Below, piece after piece: positions 30,566-44,645 of a stretch of 64,000 nucleotides of DNA (within the stretch, counting starts at the first letter, position 1; each line of letters starts with the position of its first letter). A model generated the notes under the pieces. The model ran no database searches. It saw nothing but the letters and a program-made list of their open reading frames with translations, and was not told the DNA's origin. This DNA comes from the human T2T-CHM13v2.0 reference genome, Homo sapiens. The translations under genes were made by a program, and so were the position numbers. The stretch lies in assembly GCF_009914755.1 (NCBI RefSeq), contig NC_060934.1. The stretch is one strand, 5' to 3'.

Positions 30566-31604
30566 TTGTAATGATTTTTAAATTACAATAACATTTATAA
30601 AGCCAAACATTTTATAATTTCAAAATGTGGCTTCTCTTTAAAAATAACAGGATCTGGCAACACAGGGCCTCAAGGATAACAACTGGATGGAGCCGGGTAG
30701 TAGCTGCTGCCCTGTAAATGGCCAAGGCTCTCCGATTCATCTCCCTAACGCCAAAGCTGAGTGTTGGCTGCCATTGATCCCAGTTGCATGCACTGGTTTT
30801 TCTCTTACAAAAGATAAATATTTATCTATCAAAAACAGGAAAATGAAAGGTCAAGAGTCTTATGTTTCCAGAAAAAAGGAAGACCACAACATTTTTGTGA
30901 GTGCGGAGAACATTCCTAACAGTTTGGTCTTCAATCTCTTACCCTTCATCTCGTGCTACCTGCCTGACCTCTGAAGCATTTGAGGTTTAGACTCCTGGAC
31001 TCTCTTTTGGACCAAATTTCTTACTATGTCAGCAAATAAACTTTAAAATCAAACCACTGGAAAAGAACACAGCTTAAGTACACAACATCTCATTCTCCCC
31101 TAAGTATGTTGGTTCTTTCATCTCACCTTTCCTGAGAACACAGGATCCCGCTCTCAGCCATCAAAAGGAAAGGTTCCACCCCTTATGCAAGATCACAACC
31201 AGAAAAATAAGCGGGATTTCTTTTCTCCACTGAAACTATAGTTCTATTTAGTAAGGCAGGGAAAAGACCCTTAGGGTGTGCGTTCCCCCACCTTTCTTAC
31301 CACCCCACCACCCCACCCACTCCCGGAGAACGTGCTTGGAATGCAACTGTCCCTGAAAAGGGGGCGGGCATAGTCACAGACAACCCAAGTAAATTGCCAG
31401 TGAATGTTTTTAGCATAGCCATTTCCAACCAGGTTACACAAAAAGATCACCTGGGGCTCCAGCCTGATGGAGGAATTTTAATATCCTCTCCTCAGGTGAC
31501 ACCCATGCAGTCTGCCCAGCATGAATCCATCCTGGGGTGCCTGGAAATCAGGGATCTAGAAAACTCTGACCCCTGGCTACCTGGACAGCAGGGTAGGACA
31601 TACG

Positions 31605-31901
31605 TCTCCAGCCACTAGCCACAGGTGGCAACTGAGCCCTTGAAATATGGTTAGTGTGACTTGAGATGTGCTGTAAGAGTCATGCACGCATTGGATTTTG
31701 AAGACTCAGAATTTTAAAAAAGAATGTAAAATATCTGAGAGTTTTTTTATGCAATTACATATGGAAATGATAATATTTTGGATATACTGGGTTAGAAAAA
31801 AAGTGTTGTTAAAATTAATTTTGTCTGTTTCTACTTTTTTAACGTGGCTACTAGAAAGTCTTAAATTACCTTTGTAGCTCATATCATATTTCTACTGCAC
31901 A
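31605..31901. mobile_element. MER33 (hAT-Charlie MITE)
   Basis: agccactagccacaggtggcaactgagcccttgaaatatgg..gagatgtgctgtaag..ggattttgaagact..tattttggatatactgggtt..tttctactgcacagc. Confidence 0.85.
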
Positions 31902-32274
31902 GCCAGACTCAAGGAGACACTCATCATTCTAGAGTGGGGATTACAGTCATAACTAAAAACGCAAGAAGGCTGGCCATGCTGGTTTCCACCTGCCAACTCT
32001 GTGATGTTAAACGAGTTCTCAATCTCTGATGTTCAGTTTCCTCCCCTGTACACAGGCATAACATCCACACCCTGGGCTGCTGCTGAGCGCACATAAAAGA
32101 AGAGAGCTGGAAGCACTAACCACGCATCTTCTCCCAGCTGGTACTCAACACCTGCACACTGCCGGCCCTTCTTCCTTCCCCGCCTTCCTTAAGGACACAA
32201 AATTTGAGTCTAGATCATCTGGCTTCAAATTTACTAACCACAACGTCCAGTTCTGCACAGTGGCAGCAAGTAGG

Positions 32275-32438
32275 ACAGTGGTTCTCCATCTACAGGGTAA
32301 AAGGAATCACCTGGGAAGCCCAAATCTCCCAGAGATTCAGACTCTGTCCACCTGGTATGGGTCCAGGTATACACATTTCCCACAAGCATCTCAGAACATC
32401 CTGATGCCTGGGGTCTAGAAGTCACTTTGAGAAACACT
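32275..32438. mobile_element. MER5A-like MITE
   Basis: cagtggttctc..gaatcacctggg..cactttgagaaacactg. Confidence 0.7.
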
Positions 32439-32767
32439 GACACAGCTGAGAAATTGTGACCAATATCGGCAAGACTCCCTGGGGACCTCCCCAGCCAGTC
32501 AGAAAGACCAGCCTCAACAAGGCAGGTGTGACCCACCTTGTTGAGACACCAGGAACTGGTCACAGGCCTTTTCCCAGCAAATGGCTGCTTTCCTGAGATC
32601 TTTCAAACCTAGGCAGGGAATCACCATCTGCCCTGGGCACTGCTTCAAACATCAGAAGGCAGCTGATATTTTCTGCCCTCACACAAGGCCCCTTAAGGTA
32701 GTCAAAAAATATGGACAATTTCAAGGTAACCAACAGCTTGGCCACTGGGCTAAAAAGACCTTGCTGA

Positions 32768-32955
32768 AGCCAGGCATGGTGGTGTGGGTCTGTAGTCCCA
32801 GCTCCTCGGGAGGCTGAGGCAGGAGAATGGCTTGAGGCCAAGAGTTCAAGGCTGCAATGTGCTATGATCGCACCTGTGAACAGCCACTGCACTCCAGCCT
32901 GGGCAGTATTGCATGACCCTGTCTCTAAAAAAATAAACAAATAATAAGTAAATAA
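32768..32955 (+). mobile_element. FAM (fossil Alu monomer)
   Basis: Monomer with gcacctgtgaacagccactgcactccagcctggg, the 7SL-like segment diagnostic of FAM. Confidence 0.85.
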
Positions 32956-32978
32956 GACTGCGATGCTTATTTACTTAC

Positions 32979-33090
32979 CAGCAGTACCAGGCGGGTCTTT
33001 TTTTCTGCCTTTGACTGGTACTCTTGCCTGAACATTCTGAGTGTCAGTCTTCTGGATGTTACTCTTCCGCAGAAGCATTGCTCTGCCCTT
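32979..33090 (-). other. Candidate 112-nt internal exon of a minus-strand gene, probably 5'UTR or non-coding
   Basis: Acceptor ttcttcctgtcggctcctag|AAG, consensus donor CTG|gtaagt, purine-rich non-repetitive body; no recognisable protein. Confidence 0.55.
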
Positions 33091-33832
33091 CTAGGAGCCG
33101 ACAGGAAGAAGCTCCATGCACAGACCTGCAAGTCCCAGCAGGCTGTTTGTTCTGGGGCCTTTAGCCACTCAAAGAAGTCATCTCACTGAACGTGAATGTT
33201 GGACAGGCAGCTCACACAGATCGATTCGACTCCAGGAGGCACAGACAGAAGAAAGCACTCTCTTTATCTAAGCCAAACAGTCACTGCTCCTTCCCTTGGT
33301 TTAAAAATCCTCTCTGTGCTAAACCACCTCCACCTCAAAGCAGTACAAAAGAGCAATTTCTTGGAGAACAAAAATTAAAATATCCTTCCCCAATAATATT
33401 TCTGTCAGTAAAATGTGGCCTAGAAACTCAACCTCTTCTTCCTTCTCAACGCAAATTTCCTTTCTATTTATGGAAAAAATACAGTCTGAATGAATTGCCA
33501 CATTTCCCCACTAAATTCAAACTGCCTCAAATTATTTTTGAAGATAGGGTATGAAGTAAATAAGCACTGAATCTGAGAACTCTGACATATTTCTTTATTT
33601 TTAACACAGGAAAATGATCTGGGATTTGTGCAGAATGAAGTAACACCAAGCACATGCTGACTCCAGCAGATCAGCCCCAGGCCCCCTGCCACAGAGCATT
33701 TCCCCCATCACTCACCTTCCAGAGTGTGCTTCTCACATTCTACTGCCTCACCATCCTCTGTTCTATGCCCCAGATAGAACAGACCAGTGTCGCCTGAACA
33801 TTACTGGGTCTCCATGTAGCCCAGTGTCCACT

Positions 33833-34067
33833 TGGTGGCCATACAAGCAAGCAATCCAACTCAAACATAATAAAAATTAACTTAAAATGTTAGGGGATCT
33901 CTTGTGGAGCACCAAAAGGAGGGAATTAAATTATTAATGCACAGGAAAGTATCTTCAAAATCCCAATGCACAGGAAAGCATCTTCAAAATCCTTTCTCCT
34001 TCTCTACCACTTGATATCCTAAACACAGACAGCTCCTCTGGAAACTTCCTTTTACTTTTCATCTCCT
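33833..34067. repeat. Left arm of diverged inverted duplication (partner 36160-36370); includes a 29-bp tandem duplication
   Basis: Reverse complement of 36160-36370, about 85-90% identity by manual alignment. Confidence 0.93.
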
Positions 34068-34169
34068 GTGCTGATAAACACTTCTTGCCTCTCCCTCCTC
34101 CTCTCCTTTGGCCTCCATTCTCTCTTCTCACCTACAAGTATTGGCCCTTTCAGATGCCAGTAGGTGCTT

Positions 34170-34220
34170 ACACACATACACATACACACACAAACACACA
34201 CACACACACACACAAACACT
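34170..34220. repeat. Imperfect (CA)n microsatellite
   Basis: cacacatacacatacacacacaaacacacacaca... Confidence 0.9.
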
Positions 34221-34829
34221 CTGACCATCCCTACTTCCTAGTTCTCTAATTCAGCCTCTACTCATTGCCCTGACTCCATATGAAAAAGGCCCAGGCACTA
34301 AACTAACCAAGAGAAACTTCTCCTTAGAAGGTAGTGTTACTAGGAAAGTTGAGTAATAGACAATAGAATTCTCTTTTGCAGAGAGAAGAGGAGAAAGTCC
34401 ATGAACACTCACAGTGGCATGTGGCAAGAGGTGGTGGATGCTGGAAGCTAATGCCTAGTAGTGCTAAATGTCACCACTCAGATCAGCTGGGCCCAGCTTC
34501 AGAAAAGATGCTCTTTATATCCAAGTTAAACCTCTGCTGCAGACAGAACCCCAGCACAGCCATTAATAAACCACACCACCCTACCTCCAAAAGTTTCTCA
34601 ACACACTGCCTGGCTATATCCATCTCTACATTACCTGGGATAACGCAGTAAATAGAGAGGGGTATTTCCCAGGTCTCTGTCTATAGCAGAGATTCATCTT
34701 GGTGCTGGGAGAAGTTAACAATTACCTGAATATGAGGAACTGTGGGCCTAGCACCATGAAGAACTTCTAAAATAGCTCTGCTTGTACAAATAGTTCGTTC
34801 TGTCACTCTCCATGCACTGAGGAAGTTTG

Positions 34830-35020
34830 GGAGGCAGTGAGGACTAAAACAGAGAAACTATGATGAATATGACCCAGCCTCTACTCCCATGGATTAGCTG
34901 TGTGGCCTTGGGCAAGTTTCTGAACCTCTCTGAGCCTATTTCCATTTCTGCACAATGGCATGGCTGGCCATAGGTGATCAAGTTCCTTTCCAGCACTGCC
35001 GTTTCACAGCTCTGTGATTT
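34830..35020 (+). mobile_element. MIR
   Basis: tagctgtgtggccttgggcaagtttctgaacctctctgagcct. Confidence 0.8.
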
Positions 35021-35719
35021 TAAGGATACCTGCCATGGGGGTCATGGCCAAATGGGTGGGAAGAAGGGCAGACAGAAGAGGGAGTACAGCTATTACAAAA
35101 TCTTAATTATTACTGATCACGGATTGGAGCTCTAAGAAAACATTCACTGCAACTCCAAAAACTGCAGGTGTCAAGTGTGGTCAGCAGTCACAGGCCAGTT
35201 TCTGGGACCCCTAATCTTAATAACAGAAAGACATGCACACTATAGCAGGCCATTCACTTATGGGCCACAGAAAGACAAATTAAGGGCAGTGACTTCCTCT
35301 CACTGTAGCAAGACCCTCCCAATCCTAGTGAAGTCCAGAGTTCATTCTCCCTGGTCTGCAGATGAGCGCACAGGGTCTGAATGACTCCCCAAGTCACAGT
35401 TTGGTGGTAGCAAAACCAAGAGAGAAGCCCAGATTGTCTGTCTTCCCAGCTCACATTAAATGCCAATTAGATAACTGTGTGGGATCACTGCAAAGCATAG
35501 ACACTTAGAAACCCACACACAGACTCACCTAATTGGTGCAAGAGGACGGGGGAGGACTCTGCAAAAGGGGAGCCAAGAGCAGCCTTTCCCTTCCTTTACC
35601 ACCCTGACAAGCAGGTTGGTCACCAGCCCTGGGGGTTAGTATCCACCCGCTACCCTGTTACATGTGCAGACATCTGTCTTCAAGTGATTGCAGTTGGTGG
35701 CTCATAATCTAGAGCTGAA

Positions 35720-35940
35720 GATCTTAACCTGAGTGCCAACTAAAACTATATGCAAAGACTCCACCACTTTTTATACGTGTATCCCCGGACAAATCTTTTA
35801 ACATCTCAGTGGCTCAGTGTTCCCATCTGCAGAACAGAGATAACAGTGCCTACACCTCACAGGGTTGTGATGAGCATCAAGAGTAATACACCTACGTGCT
35901 TAGCACAATGTCTACAACATAAATGTTAGTTATTATCATA
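35720..35940 (+). mobile_element. MIR
   Basis: ctcagtgttcccatctg..acctcacagggttgtgatgag..tgcttagcacaatgtct..aaatgttagttatt. Confidence 0.8.
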
Positions 35941-36159
35941 TAATTTTTCTGGAAAAAGTGTCCAAAGCTTTCATCAGAGTCTCAAAGGGGTCCATGTTCC
36001 AATAAAAACTAAGAACTCTTGTTCTACACCCTATCCTTGGAATGGAACTGAGGTCATCCTCTAAGAAGAGAAGTGTCCCCTCTAGCTTCCTTACCTGTCC
36101 AGATGAAAGGGATGGGAGGCTTTCTATGCCCCACTACTCCTGGAGGGCTGGGGAGAGTG

Positions 36160-36370
36160 AGGAGATGAAAAGTAAAAGGGAGTTTCTAGAGGAGCAGCTG
36201 CCGTCGTGTACAGGATACCAAGTGGTAGAGAAGGAGAAAGGATTTTAAAGTTATTTTCCTAGGCATTAATAATTTAATTCCCTCCCTTTGGTGTTCAACA
36301 AGAGATCCACTAATATTTTAAATTAATTTTTATTATGTTTGAGTTGGATTGCTTCCTTGTATGGTTACCA
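36160..36370. repeat. Right arm of diverged inverted duplication (partner 33833-34067)
   Basis: For example, ttattatgtttgagttggattgctt is the reverse complement of aagcaatccaactcaaacataataa. Confidence 0.93.
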
Positions 36371-37951
36371 TTCTTTGTTTTCACAGTTCCTCCGCAGGAG
36401 GTTCAGAAAAGGTGACCAGAAAACTGGAATGCAGGGCTGGGAAACGGTGCCAGAAGCTCCTCCTCCCACGTTCTGCGGGACTCCGTGGGAGTGGGCTTAT
36501 TCCCATACGTGGATGCTGGAGTTGGGGGATTTGGCTCTCTCCTTTCTCATTTAGATTAGGACCAAAAAGGGTTGGAGGAGACATTTCCCAGCCACAGAAA
36601 TGCCTATTTCTTGCCTCCAGTGTCAGAAGGAATACAGGGATCCTGGGTCCAAAACACAGAAGAGCTCTAACTGCAGAGCCTCAGCCTTGGGTCCACAGCC
36701 AGAAAATTCCACTCAGGTAGAAATGAATGTGGAGGACATAGATGAATGTCTAACATAAGAGTCAATTCAAATACCACACATCTTTACTCTCAGCTGGAAC
36801 AGTATCAACTCCATTAAGACTCGGGTAACTCTAATAGGCAGTTAAGTCTATCTTCAATTGATCAAGAGTGGGGAAATATATTATTACTTAATAAACATGG
36901 TGTTGGGTTTGATGAAATTTTTCAGAGCAAGGGGTATTTAGAAGAAAAATAAATAAGTATAAAAACAAAAGAGGGCGTCTCTGATGACAAAAAGGCTGGG
37001 AACAACAGTTCCCATGGCAGCCCTGGCTCCTGACGTCCCTAAGCTCCAATCTGTCATCCCTCCTGTATTCTCTACCTTGTTATCCCATCGGCAGACTGAG
37101 AATGAATTCCAAAGCAACCATGCTTTTTTACAAATCATTTTCTCTAATATAAAAGTAATACATGTTAATCATAGAAAGCTGAGAAAACAAAGGAAGTCTC
37201 AAAGAAAACACAAGAATCTGTCCACCAATGTTAACATGTTGATTTATTGCTGCCAATCTCTCTCTCTCTCTGTCTCTTTTTCTTGGTTTAAAGCAAATTA
37301 TTTTTATCTTTATTTAAAGACTTAATATCACACTAAATTTCCTAAGATAGCAAGCATCTCTGAAGATTCAGTAAAAGCAGAAAGTCCAGAAAAGCTTAAA
37401 ACTTGTTGGCAAAATGAAGAAGTACAAATGTGAGTGTGTATGTGCACATGTGCACACACATACACACACACACACACATACAAATGCAGGTCTTGCCTCT
37501 CAGAGGCCTCTTAAACTCTCACAACACAGGATGGTCACTGGCCACCCCTGAACTAAGAAGTTTAAACTTAGAGGATCAAAAAAGAACTCCACCCACTAAA
37601 ACAATGCTCTTTAAGTATCAAAAAGCCTAGCATTTCCAACAAGTATTTTTTAAAACCTAAAACCTATTATGTGTACCTTGGCACCAATCTGGGTCGGTTC
37701 CTGGTGGGGTTCCAGGATAGAATTTCAAAAGATGCTGTAATTATTCCTCATGTCACTGATACCATTCTATCAGACTCAAATAAATCAAAATCATAGTAAG
37801 AAAAACAAAACTGAACCTCTGGCAATACACTCAGTACTTAGAAAACAAGAGTTTTCTTAAATACTGAGAAAACCAGCTCCTTTTACGGTTGCTTCATAAA
37901 ACCATTTCTAATGAGACTTATGCCAGAGCTATGGGAAGAATAATTTGCTGA

Positions 37952-38372
<421 letters not shown>

Positions 38373-38828
38373 TAGACTCATCTTTATCAAGACTCAAATA
38401 CAGTTAGAAGATACTTGTTCTGGTATTTACAAAACTGGTCCTCCTCCCTAACCATATCTAGTCACAGGTGGGTGAGGACTTGGGAAGGAATACAGGCACT
38501 TAGAGGTGAGGGATGGGTAGGCCCTGGGATTACAGAGCCGCCACCACTCAGAAAGCCTGTTCTTAACCATTCTGCTATCCCTTCATCAAAAAGAGCCTGA
38601 TCTTCCCTTGCACAAAACACGATATTTTCCTCCTGGAAGATATCAATTAATAAAATGTATAAGTAATTTAATCTTCAACTTCAGAATTTCATTTTTAAAG
38701 GTATCAGAGTTAGCTCTCAATATCTTTCTTCTCTCAAAAAAACAGAATTTTAAAACTAAACACACACACATGATCACATAGAGGGAGATATGTGAAAAAC
38801 AAAATGGGACACATAGAAATTAAAGGGC

Positions 38829-39135
<307 letters not shown>

Positions 39136-39180
39136 GAAGAAATTAAAGGGCATCTAAGCCAAAAGAGTAGTGGCCCAGAC

Positions 39181-39435
39181 TTTTTTTTTTTTTTTTTTTT
39201 TTGAGACAGAGTCACACCCTGTCGCCCAGGCTGGAGTGCAGTGGCATGATCACAGCTCACTGCAGCCTCAAACTTCTGGGTGCAACACCACGCCCAGCTA
39301 ATTTTTTTAGTATTTTGTAGAGATGGGATCTCAACATTTTGCCCAAGCTGGTCTTGAACTCCTGGGCTCAAGCAATCCTCATACCTCAGCCTCCCAAAGT
39401 GCTGAGATTACAGGTGTGAGCCGGCACACCCAGCC
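39181..39435 (-). mobile_element. Alu (AluJ-like) with internal deletion
   Basis: cacagctcactgcagcctc; right arm jumps from aacttctggg to tgcaacaccacgccc. Confidence 0.93.
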
Positions 39436-39759
39436 CAGACTATTCAGACATGTAAATATTTGACACTTTTGTGGAATAAAGGCTGAATATGGTATTTTTC
39501 TACACTGATTAAATCTCCAGGAAACTGCTTCCTAAAAAAGGTCACTGCAATGTTCTCGACTAATGGAGTATATGATGCTGAAAGTTCAAGTCAGATTCAT
39601 CTAAGCCATAAAAGCCTATCAATAACATTTCTTGCATTTGTATAATGCCATTACTTTTTCCAAAATGCATCTATTACCTCATTTTATACCACTTATGTCA
39701 GAACAAAAGGAAGAGTAATGTGTTGACTGGTTGGACAAACTGTACCGTCAAGAATGCTC

Positions 39760-39920
39760 CTATCCTCTGAAATGGATGAAAGTTCCAGACACGAATGTCA
39801 GATCAGCGGGAAAGAGCTTTCCAATGAGAAGAGCTATCCAACAATGGAAAGAGTGGCTCCTAGAGAGTGAGTTCCTCATTGCCAGAGGTACACAAGTAGA
39901 ACTGTTAAAACCGTGTGGCT
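39760..39920 (+). mobile_element. CR1/L3 3' fragment
   Basis: aagagctttccaatgagaagagctatccaacaatgga..gagtgagttcctcattgccagaggtacacaag. Confidence 0.6.
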
Positions 39921-41223
39921 TCCAACTGCTCTAATAACTTTAAGATTCACAGTCTTCAACTTTCTTACAGTGGAAGCCATGGGGGCATTGTCCTGTTGCC
40001 TTCTCTCTCATTCCTCATTAATGAGAAAGATGTTAAGCTCACTGACGTAAGTCCCAGTGAAGTCTTCTCCAGAACTCAGAAGGGCCATAAATAGAGAGAC
40101 AAAGGGCAGGAGGTGGGAGTTATTCACCAGCGTGGAGGAAGCAGGATAAGCCCAGAGGAATGGCCTCTGGAATTATACAAAGAATTTGGAGGTGACTGGG
40201 GGTGGCCCTGGGAACAAAGTGAAACTGTCAGAACTCAGATAACAGTCCACGTTCCTGAGATTGGATTGTAGCAGCCCTTCTGGAAAAGGAGCACTTCTCG
40301 GGACTTTATACAAATCCAGCTGGGTCCCCCACACACTGCCTCACAAACCCTGTACATCACCAAATATGAACAGAAGCCGTCTTTTGAGAGTTTCCTGAAA
40401 CTGAGAGCTCAAGGAAGGTACCTTCTAGGACCGCCCCCTTGCCCCAAGTTTTCCAGAGGCCAGCAAACAATGAACTAGGGTTGTATATTTTCTCTACACT
40501 CTTACTTTTATGACCAAAGCAAAGGATAAAATAATTGGTAATCTGTAATTTGGTCCAAAAAACAACCTCCAGGAGATGCCTTAAATTCAATCCAGATTCT
40601 GACAATCCCCTGGTTTTATTTGGTCTACAGAGCTCATAGCAACACATGGCCCAGTTCAAGCCAATAACTTAGAGTTTTGGAGCAGACTTTAAAAGTCTTA
40701 TTGGCAAAATCACAAAAGGCCAAAGAATGCACATATTATTCCAAATAAGGAAACCTTGTCCCTCTCGGATAAGGCCTGACACCCAAGATTTTCAGAGAAG
40801 ACAGGATTTTTCTTCCTCAAAAAAAAGAAGAAAAAAAAAAAAAAACAAGGATGAGAAGGGAAAGGAAAAGAGAACCAAATCTTCATCTTACATGGTGATA
40901 AGTTAACAGATGATGTCCAAAAGGTAGTAAAACATACAGGTTACTATCAAATGTGGAAGTAAATATCAAAAGAATCAGCTAAGATTTTAAAGTGGCTGCC
41001 ACCGGGGCAGCAGGGAGCTAACGGTGACGGTGTCGGAGACTGCAGTCATGTAGAAATATTGGATTCTTGAAACTCTATGCCTGTGTAACTTTGGTAAAAA
41101 TTACAAATTTTAAAAGCTAGAAGAAAGCAGGGGAAGGGCTAATATACACTAAATGCATGCATTTCCAAACTTAAGCTATAAAAAGTAAATAACACTTTAG
41201 GTAAATAATAATACTGTATTTAA

Positions 41224-41766
<543 letters not shown>

Positions 41767-41891
41767 TGAAGATTATTAAATAAATAGGGTCTTTGCTTCT
41801 TACAGTACCATCAGTCAGTATCAAGCGTTCATTCTAAAAGGACAGGTAGGTATGTCAGGTTGTCAAAAGTTTTTGGAAAGTGAAGGTATTA

Positions 41892-41995
41892 CCAGGCATG
41901 GTGGCTCACACCTATAGTCTCAGCTACTGGGGAGGATCACTTGAGCCTAGGAATTTGAGACCAGCCTGGACAACACAGTGAGACTCTGTCAAAAA
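41892..41995 (+). mobile_element. FLAM-like Alu monomer
   Basis: ccaggcatggtggctcacacctatagtc..gaggatcacttgagcctaggaatttgagaccagcctgg. Confidence 0.8.
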
Positions 41996-42401
41996 TTTAT
42001 TTTTAAAGTGGAAAAAAAATGAAAGCGAAGATGTAATTTTTCAGAATTTCTGGACATAAATTACAGCATTAAGAGAAGATCCTTACTACAAACTGGTTCC
42101 ACCTCAAATTGTGCTGTTTTCTAACTCTGCTCACAAGCCTGCTCATGCACATTTATCTCGTTCCATGCAAGCCTGTCTTTGCTTTCTCCTTCTCCCTACA
42201 ACCCTACTTGTCACTAGCTTTCCTCTCCACCCCAACTTCCTGTTTTATTCCGCTCTCACACCTGTATCTTTTCTGTGCCACCTGTAACCTGATGCAATGT
42301 GGAACTAAGATCACATTCTTATTACTCCACATTTGCAGAATCGAATTAAATGCTCCTTATTTTTAAGTTATAAACTGAAATACAAAGCCTTCTGTTTATA
42401 A

Positions 42402-42733
<332 letters not shown>

Positions 42734-43336
42734 TAAAGCCTATGTTGCTGCCTTGTTTCTTGCTTGTTTTTGTCGTTGTCGTTTCTCAACATCAAAGGCA
42801 GTTGCAGCCTTTGGGACTGAGTTGGAAACTCTCAGAAATGAGAAAAGCCCTAGCTCCTGCCTGGAGAAGCCAGTATAGACATGGAAGAGGCCTTGCATCA
42901 GGGAGAGGGTAGTTTTCTAGAGGAGAGACGGCTAGTAGGAAGAGGGCTAGTGTCAGAGCCAACTTACTCTGCTCCTGAGGTACCAGCCCAGCATCACCCC
43001 ATTCAGGAGAGTCAACTGCCCCAGAAGACAAACCCAAAGCTATCAGAGCATGCTGCTAAAGAACCACCTCTTCCTCCAGCCCTCTAAGAAGGGCCTTCTC
43101 CTTTTTCTGGTCATCCAAAATGGGTCTTTCTTCACAAGGGCTTCTTTAAAAATCAGGTCACCCCCATCCTACACATACAGGATTTTTTTGTAACCTAGAT
43201 GCTAGACACATGTTAAAAGAGCTGTTAGGTGCTGATCACTCTTTGAAGTGTAAGCTCTCTCTCCCAGCTCTGAGAGATCTGCCCACTTCACAGGGCTGCC
43301 CTCCAGAGCTCCAGTGTCTGATCAAAAATGACCACA

Positions 43337-43641
43337 GCCAGGCGTGGTGGCTCACGCTCGTAATCGCAGCACTTTAGGAGGCCAAAGCAGGAGATTACTT
43401 GAGATCAGGAGTTCGAGACCAGCCTGGCCAACAGAGCAAAACCCCATCTCTACTAAAAGTACAAAAATTAGCCAGGCATGGTGGCGCATACATGTAGTCC
43501 CAGCTACTTGGGAGGCTGAAGGCCCAAGAATTGCTTGAACCCAGGAGGCGGAAGTTGCAGTGAGCCGACATTGTACCACTGCTCTCCAGCCTGGGCAACC
43601 AACCGAGACTGTCTCAAAAAAAAAAAAAAAAAAAAAAAAAA
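43337..43641 (+). mobile_element. Alu (AluS)
   Basis: Full dimer with long poly(A). Confidence 0.95.
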
Positions 43642-44389
43642 GACCAGGACAGGTCCAGGCAGGTCCAGGCACAATTCTAAGTACCATAAGAAGCTTTCTG
43701 AATCGAGGATGTAAATCTGATCTAATAATTCAGCCAACACTGCATCTACCTGTAGCCTTATCATCCAGCCCCCACATCCAATTTCAGCCACAGGTTCCTG
43801 GTTAGATGCTTTTCCGGTTAGATGCTCCCCTGAAATCAGCCCACCTGCTACTGTATCTGCAGCACATCCCTGAGTCCATGTCAAAAACAGAATCCGAGCC
43901 CTTTGACATGGCTCACGCTCCAGGAAATTAGACTGGAGTACACAGCTGTATTCTTCTTGGTAACTATTTCCAAGCCATCTACTTATGAAGATACATGGGG
44001 AAAAAAAAAAAAAGGAAGACAAGGAGTGCCAAAAAGGCAGTTCAGCTTTCTCTAAAAGAAACTCAGGCAAATAGCTCCTGTTCTGGGAAACCAGTAAATT
44101 TCCAAACAGTAAGATTTCCACAAATGATATTGGCAACTTCGGGGGTCAGGGCGAAGTAGTGGACCAGTTCTCATCGAAGAGCAGCAAGATGAGACAAGTT
44201 TCACACAGTGGCAAATGTCCCTTTTGGACTTGCTTCAAACCTGTGTGTGGGCTGATTCTCCGAAATAAACAAATTCTCTTGTATAAGGTTATGCGGTGAC
44301 TGAGAGGGTGAGGATTCTGATGGAAAGAAATCACCCATAAGTCACCTTTGCCTAAGCAGGAGGGTCAGTTCTGCCTGCCCTGGGTCTTG

Positions 44390-44645
44390 ACGCAGTGAAA
44401 CCTCAACAGGGATGTGGGGCGCATGTAACCCAGATGGACGGGTATACGCTACCGTTAAGTTCAACTGCACCCTTGACTGGTATGGCATTTCAGAGCATTG
44501 AGACACCTTTCGATCCAGCAAAGAGCCAATCTGGCTCCAATCAGCACCCATGAGCCGCTGAGGGAGGCACAATGTCCCAAGCAGCAGTTGGCCAAACACA
44601 CGTGAGGGAGGTGCAGCTGCCGAGCCCTTCATGTTTACCAGGAAG
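44390..44645. promoter_or_regulatory. Candidate intragenic promoter or enhancer
   Basis: Non-repetitive and locally CpG-retaining; CCAAT at 44526 and 44537, CACGTG at 44599, CAGCTG, forkhead TGTTTAC at 44632; motif evidence only. Confidence 0.4.

Larger units (their letters stand above)
29764..31000. mobile_element. hAT-Charlie element (MER102-like) split by nested FLAM, L1MC and Alu
   Basis: cagaggttgaaaattgg start; ggcttctctttaaaaataacaggatctggcaacac and tgaagcatttgagg..ctcctg end; family name tentative. Confidence 0.5.

Noticed and set aside
37831-37868. Short AT-rich hairpin (also ttgtggta-ctata-taccacaa near 6930)
   Set aside because: Short imperfect stems like these are expected by chance.
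43504-44136. 210-aa minus-strand ORF, the longest in the track
   Set aside because: Non-ATG start; runs through poly(T) tracts and an Alu; no protein similarity recognised.
44342-44632. 96-aa ATG ORF in the promoter-like region
   Set aside because: No recognisable homology; the region is better explained as regulatory.
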